Shown: piece by piece, positions 8,944 to 15,106 of the stretch
Numbering within the stretch: position 1 is the stretch's first letter
Layout of the letters: each line of letters begins with the position of its first letter
NCBI GenBank assembly: GCA_963675915.1
Contig: OY780959.1
Location: forward strand, 300,001 to 332,000
DNA: 32,000 nt
DNA from: Coprobacillaceae bacterium
GTDB lineage: Bacteria; Bacillota_I; Bacilli_A; Erysipelotrichales; Coprobacillaceae
Direction: 5' to 3'
Program-made: the position numbers and the translations under genes
The notes under the pieces: model-generated
The model's database searches: none
Told to the model about the DNA's origin: nothing
The model's input: the letters and a program-made list of their open reading frames with translations, nothing else

Positions 8944-9453
8944 ATGAACGTCAAAAAATTGACAATTGCCAGTACCCTGACTGCAATCGCAGTCGCTTGT
9001 TCATCGATTTACATCCCTTTGGGGGTGGCCAAAGTTTTTCCGATTCAACATTTTGTCAATGTGGTCGCAGCAGTGGTTTTAGGACCGGGTTATGCGGTTC
9101 TCACGGCTCTTAGTGTATCGCTGATTCGCAATATTCTGGGGACCGGAAGCATTCTGGCTTTTCCAGGGAGCATGATTGGAGCGCTGTTGGGTTCCTTGCT
9201 TTATCTTAAAACCCGCCACCTGGCCGGAGCGATCTGCGGGGAAGTTGTCGGAACCGGAATCATCGGAGCATTGGTGGCCTGGGGAATGGCCAGTGTGTTG
9301 CTTTCATCAAAGGCTGGGGCTTTGTTGTTTGTGGTCCCATTTGGACTGAGTTCCCTGGTTGGCGCGTTGCTTGGAGCCATGGGACTGACTATTATCTTTA
9401 AAAGCGGAATGATCAGAAGTTTGATAATGAAAAACAAGGAGATGGAAAGATGA
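8944..9453 (+). CDS. thiW: ThiW, ECF-type S component (thiazole precursor transporter)
   Basis: 169-aa polytopic membrane protein. ThiW-like '[17 protein letters not shown]' and '[12 protein letters not shown]'. Under the TPP riboswitch. SD 'gaggagga'. Confidence 0.8.
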   Translation: MNVKKLTIASTLTAIAVACSSIYIPLGVAKVFPIQHFVNVVAAVVLGPGYAVLTALSVSLIRNILGTGSILAFPGSMIGALLGSLLYLKTRHLAGAICGEVVGTGIIGALVAWGMASVLLSSKAGALLFVVPFGLSSLVGALLGAMGLTIIFKSGMIRSLIMKNKEMER

Positions 9454-10751
9454 AATACCACACTCAAATGGAAGCGGCGAGAATGGGGATTGTGACCCCG
9501 GAAATGGAAATTGTGGCCGCTAAAGAAGGAATTGACGCCGGACTTATCCGGGAAAGAATCGCCCGGGGGACTGTGGTCATCCCGGCAAATATCAACCATG
9601 GCAGCATCTGCCCCGAAGGGGTCGGCGAAGGGCTTAAAACCAAGATCAATGTCAATCTTGGAGTTTCGGGGGACTGTCCCGATTACGGCAAGGAATTCGA
9701 AAAAGTCGAATTGGCAATCGAACACGGAGTTGAAGCTATCATGGACCTGTCCAACTATGGCAAAACCTATGAATTCCGGGAAAAACTGATTTCCCGTTCT
9801 CCGGCGATGATTGGAACAGTGCCAATCTACGATGCCATCGGGTATCTTGAAAAGGACCTTAAAGACATCTCAGCCCAAGATTTTCTTGATGTGGTGGAAC
9901 TACATGCCCGCCAGGGAGTGGATTTCATGACCATCCATGCCGGGATCAACTCCAAGGTGGCGGAAACCTTTTTACAGACCAAACGGATGACCAATATCGT
10001 TTCGCGGGGCGGTTCGCTGCTTTTTGCCTGGATGAAGATGACTGGAAACGAGAATCCGTTCTATGAATATTTCGATGAGGTCCTGGACATCCTTTACCGT
10101 TATGATGTGACTATTTCTCTGGGGGATGCTTTGCGTCCTGGCAGCATCCATGACAGCAGTGATGCCGGTCAGCTGGGTGAGTTGATCGAACTGGGGATTT
10201 TGACCAAGCGTGCCTGGGCCAAAAATGTCCAGGTGATGATTGAAGGACCGGGCCATATGGCAATTGATGAGATTGCCGCCAATATGAAAATCCAGAAGCG
10301 CCTTTGTCATAATGCGCCGTTTTATGTCCTTGGACCGCTGGTTACCGATATTGCACCGGGTTATGATCATATCACTTCGGCTATCGGTGGAGCGGTGGCT
10401 GCCAGTGGCGGGGCGGATTTTCTTTGTTATGTGACTCCGGCCGAACATCTTCGTTTGCCGGATCTAAGTGATGTCAAGGATGGGATCATCGCCACCAAGA
10501 TCGCGGCTCATGCTGGGGATATCGCCAAAGGAGTCAAAGGGGCCCGCGAGCTTGACAACAAGATGTCTGAGGCTCGAAGAAACATTGACTGGGAAGTGAT
10601 GTTTGACTGGGCCATCGACCCGCAAAAAGCCCGTGATTATTTCGAAAGCACACCACCAAGTGACCGCCACAGCTGTTCGATGTGCGGGAAAATGTGTGCG
10701 ATGCGCACCACTAACAAGATAATCAACGGTGAAGATGTCGACATTATGTAA
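9450..10751 (+). CDS. thiC: Phosphomethylpyrimidine synthase ThiC (short form)
   Basis: 433 aa. 'IPANINH', 'TIHAGI', 'MIEGPGH', '[18 protein letters not shown]'. C-terminal Fe-S motif '[11 protein letters not shown]'. ATGA overlap with thiW. Confidence 0.95.
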   Translation: MKYHTQMEAARMGIVTPEMEIVAAKEGIDAGLIRERIARGTVVIPANINHGSICPEGVGEGLKTKINVNLGVSGDCPDYGKEFEKVELAIEHGVEAIMDLSNYGKTYEFREKLISRSPAMIGTVPIYDAIGYLEKDLKDISAQDFLDVVELHARQGVDFMTIHAGINSKVAETFLQTKRMTNIVSRGGSLLFAWMKMTGNENPFYEYFDEVLDILYRYDVTISLGDALRPGSIHDSSDAGQLGELIELGILTKRAWAKNVQVMIEGPGHMAIDEIAANMKIQKRLCHNAPFYVLGPLVTDIAPGYDHITSAIGGAVAASGGADFLCYVTPAEHLRLPDLSDVKDGIIATKIAAHAGDIAKGVKGARELDNKMSEARRNIDWEVMFDWAIDPQKARDYFESTPPSDRHSCSMCGKMCAMRTTNKIINGEDVDIM

Positions 10752-10758
10752 TCACACC

Positions 10759-10787
10759 TTGTGAGACCGGGGCGATTTTGATATGAT
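10759..10787 (+). promoter_or_regulatory. Sigma-A-type promoter for the GNAT gene (TTGTGA-17-TATGAT, with TG extension)
   Basis: 'ttgtga' at 10759-10764, 17-nt spacer ending in 'tga', 'tatgat' at 10782-10787. Confidence 0.45.
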
Positions 10788-10808
10788 TTTGAGTAGGCAA
10801 AGGGGGGA

Positions 10809-11255
10809 ATGATGATGGAAATCAGAACCATGATTATCGAAGACTATCCCGAAGTGTACGACATTTGGATCAATACGCCGGGAATGGGTCTCAATGACAT
10901 TGACGATTCACGCGAAGGGATTTTGAAATATCTCAAAAGAAATCCGACTACCTGTTTTGTCGCCTGCGACCAGGGCCGGATTGTCGGTGCAATCTTGAGC
11001 GGTCACGACGGCCGCCGCGGCTATATCAGTCATACGGCAGTCAAAGGGGACCATCAAAAACAGGGAATTGGAACCCTGTTGGTAAACTGTGTTTTGAGCG
11101 CGATGGAAGCCGAGGGGATCACCAAAATCGCTCTGGTGGTTTTTGGCAAGAATGAAAAAGGGAACAACTTCTGGCAAAAGCAGGGATTCACCACCAGGGA
11201 AGATTTGATCTACCGCAACAAGGCCATCAAAAAACTGGTTCGCATGGATACATAG
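10809..11255 (+). CDS. GNAT-family N-acetyltransferase
   Basis: 148 aa. Acetyl-CoA-binding motif A 'HQKQGIGTLLV'. Typical GNAT length. SD 'aaagggggga'. Three tandem ATGs at 10809-10817, so the exact start is uncertain. Confidence 0.8.
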   Translation: MMMEIRTMIIEDYPEVYDIWINTPGMGLNDIDDSREGILKYLKRNPTTCFVACDQGRIVGAILSGHDGRRGYISHTAVKGDHQKQGIGTLLVNCVLSAMEAEGITKIALVVFGKNEKGNNFWQKQGFTTREDLIYRNKAIKKLVRMDT

Positions 11256-11290
11256 AAAAAGAAGATCGCTCAGGCGGTCTTCTTTTGGCT
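11256..11290. terminator. Bidirectional intrinsic terminator (GNAT gene / polymerase operon)
   Basis: 'agaagatcgc' tcag 'gcggtcttct' (10 bp, one G-U) flanked by an A-run and T-rich sequence. Confidence 0.7.
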
Positions 11291-11298
11291 TTTTATGG

Positions 11299-11568
11299 TT
11301 AACTTTCACACCAGTAATCGATTGGGGCATGCTTGGTTTCGATAAACCAGCGGTTTTTTTCCAAAAACAGCTTAATCCGTTTGTGGTCGACCTTGCATTC
11401 GTATAAAGTGCCCCCGCCCCCGGCAAGGCTGGCTTGGGGCCCGACTTTGTAGATCAGATCGATCTTGTAACGGATTCCCTCATTCCAGACGATGTAGAGC
11501 GGCCGCATCCGCCCTTCCATATTGGTATAACAGATTACCCCGACATAATGCTTGAAGATCTTTTCCAT
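11299..11568 (-). CDS. Hypothetical 89-aa protein, translationally coupled to the Y-family polymerase
   Basis: The ATG at 11568 lies 2 nt after the polymerase TGA (11573-11571). The ORF is followed by the terminator at 11256-11290. I recognise no family ('GRMRPLYIVWNEGIRYKIDLIYKV...GGGGTLYECKV'). Confidence 0.6.
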   Translation of the reverse strand: MEKIFKHYVGVICYTNMEGRMRPLYIVWNEGIRYKIDLIYKVGPQASLAGGGGTLYECKVDHKRIKLFLEKNRWFIETKHAPIDYWCES

Positions 11569-11570
11569 AA

Positions 11571-12812
11571 TCAAAAGTATCCTTTAGGAGCGATGGTGTG
11601 ATCGCCTTTGGGATTGAAGTCGGTCAGGTCGCTTTGGGATTTGTTGACGCAGCGGTTGATTGAATAGTAGCCGTATTTCTTCCGGATTTCATCGATGGTC
11701 AGGTCGAGGTTGTAGAGATCAATCTGTTTGTCGATATCCTCGAAGAGGTTCAACTGGAAATTGTGATTGTCTTCGACCAGACTGGAGACCCGCACCCCAA
11801 TCGAGCGGAAACTCGTTGCTCCGTCATAGTTTTGCAATAACAGACTGTCGACGCTTTCCATGATCTGGGAGCAGATATTGGTGGCGGATTCCCGTTTTTG
11901 CTGCCTAGAGAAGCTGCCCAGGTCGCTGTCGCGGAAGGTTACCGAAACCACATAACCCTTGAGATTTTGATCCTTGAGTCTCGAGGCGACACTGTCGCAC
12001 AGGACATAGAGGACCGAACGGATTTCATCAATGGTGGTCATGTCGCGAATTGCGGTGACGCCGTTACCCACCGATTTGACAACAGTGGTGGTGGTCGAAA
12101 GCATCACTTCGCTCATGTCTTCGCCATGGGCAAACAGCCAGAGAATCTCACCGTTTTTGCCCAGCAGGGAACGGATATATTCCTTGGGGCAGCGTGCCAG
12201 CTGACCGATGGTGGTGATATAGACATTGTTGAGTTTCTTTTTGGTGGCGTGACCGACGTAAAAGAGCTCGCCGATGTCGAGATTGTAGAGAATCTCCCGG
12301 TAATTGTCCCGTGAGATGTGAACCAGGCCGTAAGGTTTGAACATGTCGCTGGCCATCTTGGCGAAAATCTTGTTGAAACTGATTCCAACTGAAACGGTCA
12401 GTCCGATCTCCATCTTGATCCGGCGCTGGATGGTTCTGGCGATTTCAATCGGGTCGCCAAACAGTTTGAGCGAAGGGGTCAGATCGAGCCAGGCCTCGTC
12501 AAGGCCGAATGATTCGACCTGGTCGGTGTATTCGCGGTAAATATCCTTGACCTTGGTGGTGTAGTAATGGTAATCCTGATACTCGGGATGGATGATTTTG
12601 AGGTCGGGACATTTCTTGAAGGCTTCGCGGAGGTTTTCTCCGGTCTTGATTCCGTATTTTTTGGCTTTGAGATTTTTGGCCAGGATGATGCCGTGCCGGT
12701 TTGATTCCCGGCCGCCCACGGCCATGGGAATATGGCGCAGTTTTGGGTTTTTCATTTCCTCAATCTGGGCGTAACAGTGATTGATATCAATATGCAGGAT
12801 CCATTTATCCAT
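11571..12812 (-). CDS. Y-family (UmuC/DinB-like) translesion DNA polymerase
   Basis: 'LHIDINHCYAQIE' (catalytic Asp block), 'SFGLDEAWLD', 'SVGISFNKIFAKMASD'. The start is placed at the ATG at 12812 (MDKWILHID) with SD 'aaaggagg'. The track start at 12884 is upstream of the predicted promoter. Confidence 0.9.
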   Translation of the reverse strand: MDKWILHIDINHCYAQIEEMKNPKLRHIPMAVGGRESNRHGIILAKNLKAKKYGIKTGENLREAFKKCPDLKIIHPEYQDYHYYTTKVKDIYREYTDQVESFGLDEAWLDLTPSLKLFGDPIEIARTIQRRIKMEIGLTVSVGISFNKIFAKMASDMFKPYGLVHISRDNYREILYNLDIGELFYVGHATKKKLNNVYITTIGQLARCPKEYIRSLLGKNGEILWLFAHGEDMSEVMLSTTTTVVKSVGNGVTAIRDMTTIDEIRSVLYVLCDSVASRLKDQNLKGYVVSVTFRDSDLGSFSRQQKRESATNICSQIMESVDSLLLQNYDGATSFRSIGVRVSSLVEDNHNFQLNLFEDIDKQIDLYNLDLTIDEIRKKYGYYSINRCVNKSQSDLTDFNPKGDHTIAPKGYF

Positions 12813-12848
12813 AAAGTTACCTCCTTTTTGTTGCTTATTTGCTTCTAT

Positions 12849-12877
12849 ATGCAATATTTTAACACCAGATATTGCAT
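12849..12877. repeat. Perfect 9-bp inverted repeat ATGCAATAT-N11-ATATTGCAT straddling the polymerase promoter -10 (candidate operator)
   Basis: Half-sites at 12849-12857 and 12869-12877. The -10 (12856-12861) lies between them and overlaps the first. Confidence 0.45.
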
Positions 12878-12884
12878 TATTCAA
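12856..12884 (-). promoter_or_regulatory. Sigma-A-type promoter for the polymerase operon (TTGAAT-17-TAAAAT with TG extension)
   Basis: The minus strand reads 'ttgaat' (12884-12879), a 17-nt spacer ending in 'tgt', then 'taaaat' (12861-12856). Confidence 0.5.
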
Positions 12885-12893
12885 TCCAAAAGT

Positions 12894-12925
12894 AACAAAA
12901 AAGATTTACAAACCGCTTTTTTGTT
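12894..12925. repeat. Perfect 10-bp inverted repeat AACAAAAAAG-N12-CTTTTTTGTT abutting the repressor promoter -35
   Basis: Arms at 12894-12903 and 12916-12925. The right arm is part of the 13-nt direct repeat TTTTTGTTGCTTA (12825-12837 and 12918-12930). Confidence 0.4.
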
Positions 12926-12951
12926 GCTTAATATTGAAAAAATGATATAAT
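12924..12951 (+). promoter_or_regulatory. Sigma-A-type promoter for the repressor gene (TTGCTT-16-TATAAT with TG extension)
   Basis: 'ttgctt' at 12924-12929, and 'tgatataat' with the -10 at 12946-12951. Confidence 0.45.
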
Positions 12952-13009
12952 TTTAGACAGTTGCTCAGCTGTTTGAATTTTATTGGATAATAATAAAGGA
13001 GTGGTAAAT

Positions 13010-13606
13010 ATGTTTCGTGAGGAAATGAAAAAGGCCCGCAAGGCCCAAAAGATTTCGCTGGAGGAGTTGGGCCGCTATCTCAACTGTTCCAAAACGACAA
13101 TCATGCGTTATGAAAACGGGGATATCACCAATATCCCACCCGAGCGGATGAATGAGATTGCCCGCTACCTCGGTCTTGATGTCGACAGGTATATCAGTGA
13201 AGCTTTGGAAGTGAAATACACTCGGCCGCTTTTAGGAACGGTCAAGGCGGGGTACGACCTTTTTGCCGATGAAAACTACATCCGGGATATCCCGGTCAAC
13301 CAGCGGGAATATTATCAGGGTGATTACTTCCTGGAAGTTGTCGGCGAATCTATGACGGGAAGCCATATCTATCCTGGCGACCAGGTCTTTGTCCGCAAAC
13401 AAAATGATGTCGATTCATCCCAGATTGCCGTGGTTTTGATTGGCGAGGATGAAGCGACCATCAAAAAGGTGATCAAGAAAGGGAATGTGGTGATTCTCGA
13501 GTCGACCAATCCCGATTATGAGAACCGCTATTTCACCGAGGAACAGATTGCCAATGGGGAAATGCAGATAATCGGGCGGGTTCTTTTTGTCAAAAGGGAA
13601 TTTTGA
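13010..13606 (+). CDS. XRE-type HTH / S24 peptidase (LexA/CI/HdiR-like) autocleavable repressor
   Basis: N-terminal HTH_3-like 'ISLEELGRYLNCSKTTIMRYENGD'. Putative Ala-Gly cleavage site in 'GTVKAGYD'. Ser nucleophile in 'VVGESMTG' and Lys in 'EATIKKV'. The ATG at 13010 has SD 'aaaggag' 8 nt upstream. Confidence 0.85.
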   Translation: MFREEMKKARKAQKISLEELGRYLNCSKTTIMRYENGDITNIPPERMNEIARYLGLDVDRYISEALEVKYTRPLLGTVKAGYDLFADENYIRDIPVNQREYYQGDYFLEVVGESMTGSHIYPGDQVFVRKQNDVDSSQIAVVLIGEDEATIKKVIKKGNVVILESTNPDYENRYFTEEQIANGEMQIIGRVLFVKREF

Positions 13607-13617
13607 TATCAGAATAA

Positions 13618-13646
13618 TTGATTTTACCTAAAAAACCAATTATAAT
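13618..13646 (+). promoter_or_regulatory. Sigma-A-type promoter (TTGATT-17-TATAAT) for the sulfhydrylase gene
   Basis: 'ttgatt' at 13618-13623, 17-nt spacer, 'tataat' at 13641-13646. The leader is too short for an S-box or T-box. Confidence 0.55.
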
Positions 13647-13672
13647 AGGAACAATTGAAAGGAGATTGTCAA

Positions 13673-14947
13673 ATGGCAGAAAACAAATTGGGAACCAAAT
13701 GTATCCGCTCAGGATATGTACCAAAAAAAGGGGAACCACAAGTACTACCGATCGTTCAAAGTACTACTTTCAAATATGATAATTCGCAACAAATGGCGGA
13801 ATTGTTCGATTTGGAAGCCAGTGGTTATTTTTATACAAGACTACAAAATCCAACTACTGACGCAGTAGCTGGCAAGATCGCGGATCTTGAAGGCGGAGTT
13901 GCGGCAATGATGACCAGCAGTGGTCAGGCAGCCAACTTCATCGCGGTATTGAATATCGCCAGCGCCGGGGATCACGTGGTTGCTTCAAGCAGTATTTACG
14001 GGGGGACGTTCAACCTGTTTGGAGTCACTCTTGTAAAAATGGGAATCGAATGCACTTTCGTGGACCAGGATGCTCCGCTTGAGGAATTGCAAAAGGCAAT
14101 CAAACCGAATACCAAACTGGTTTTTGGGGAAACAATTGCCAATCCGACCACCAAAGTATTGGATATCGAAAAATTCGCGCAATTCGCTCATCAAAACGGA
14201 TTGCCATTGCTTCTTGACAATACCTTCGCAACACCGATTCATTGTCGTCCATTCGAATTCGGAGCGGATATTGTCACTCACTCAACCACAAAATACATGG
14301 ATGGCCATGCAACCAGTGTCGGAGGATGTATCGTTGACAGCGGTAATTTCGACTGGGAACAAAATGACAAATTCCCGGGTCTGACTACACCTGATGATTC
14401 ATACCATGGCATCGTCTATACCCAAAAATTCGGTAAAGGGGCCTATATCACCAAAGCTACTGTTCAAATGATGCGTGATTTGGGATCGACTATGTCACCA
14501 ATGAATGCCTTCTTGTTGAACCTGGGATTGGAAACTCTTCATTTGAGAATGCCACGTCACTATCAAAATGCTCTGGAAGTTGCCAAATACCTGAAAGGTC
14601 ACAAAAATGTGGCTTGGGTCAAATTCTCGGGTCTTGAAGATGATGAATATCATCATCTGGCGGAAAAATACCTGCCAAATGGCGGATGCGGGGTCTTGGC
14701 TTTCGGTCTTAATGACTATGAAGCGACAACAACCAAATTCGTCGACAGTCTCAAACTGGTATCGATCGTGACTCACGTTGCCGATGCCCGTACCTGTCTG
14801 TTGCACCCAGCCAGCCATACTCACCGTCAGTTGAGTAAAGAACAGTTGGAAGCAGCCGGGGTCGCTCCGGATCTGATCCGTCTTTCGGTTGGAATCGAAG
14901 ATGTCGCTGACATCATCACCGACCTGGAACAGGCTTTGAATTACTAA
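13673..14947 (+). CDS. metY: O-acetylhomoserine (thiol)-lyase / sulfhydrylase, PLP-dependent (Cys/Met metabolism family)
   Basis: 'HSTTKYMDGHATSVGG' (PLP-Lys block), 'YTRLQNPT', 'RLSVGIED'. The ATG at 13673 (MAENKLG) has SD 'gaaaggag'. Confidence 0.9.
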   Translation: MAENKLGTKCIRSGYVPKKGEPQVLPIVQSTTFKYDNSQQMAELFDLEASGYFYTRLQNPTTDAVAGKIADLEGGVAAMMTSSGQAANFIAVLNIASAGDHVVASSSIYGGTFNLFGVTLVKMGIECTFVDQDAPLEELQKAIKPNTKLVFGETIANPTTKVLDIEKFAQFAHQNGLPLLLDNTFATPIHCRPFEFGADIVTHSTTKYMDGHATSVGGCIVDSGNFDWEQNDKFPGLTTPDDSYHGIVYTQKFGKGAYITKATVQMMRDLGSTMSPMNAFLLNLGLETLHLRMPRHYQNALEVAKYLKGHKNVAWVKFSGLEDDEYHHLAEKYLPNGGCGVLAFGLNDYEATTTKFVDSLKLVSIVTHVADARTCLLHPASHTHRQLSKEQLEAAGVAPDLIRLSVGIEDVADIITDLEQALNY

Positions 14948-14953
14948 TCAATC

Positions 14954-14980
14954 GATCCGCTCGCAAGGGCGGATTTTATT
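14954..14980 (+). terminator. Intrinsic terminator after the sulfhydrylase gene
   Basis: 'atccgc' tcgcaagg 'gcggat' followed by 'tttatt'. Confidence 0.7.
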
Positions 14981-15047
14981 ATTATCGGGATTTAATTATC
15001 ACGATGATGATTATTTTTCATAGTGACGGTTTCAAATTATTTTTTCT

Positions 15048-15076
15048 TTGAATTTGCAACAATATATTGTTATAAT
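15048..15076 (+). promoter_or_regulatory. Sigma-A-type promoter for secA-prfB (TTGAAT-17-TATAAT with TG extension)
   Basis: 'ttgaat' at 15048-15053, 17-nt spacer ending in 'tgt', 'tataat' at 15071-15076. Confidence 0.55.
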
Positions 15077-15106
15077 ATTGATGTTATATGCTTAAAGGAG
15101 TAAATT

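Noticed and set aside
12813-13009. Canonical Firmicutes LexA (Cheo) box in the polymerase/repressor control region.
   Set aside because: No GAAC-N4-GTTC-like sequence is present on either strand. The repeats that are present are different in sequence.
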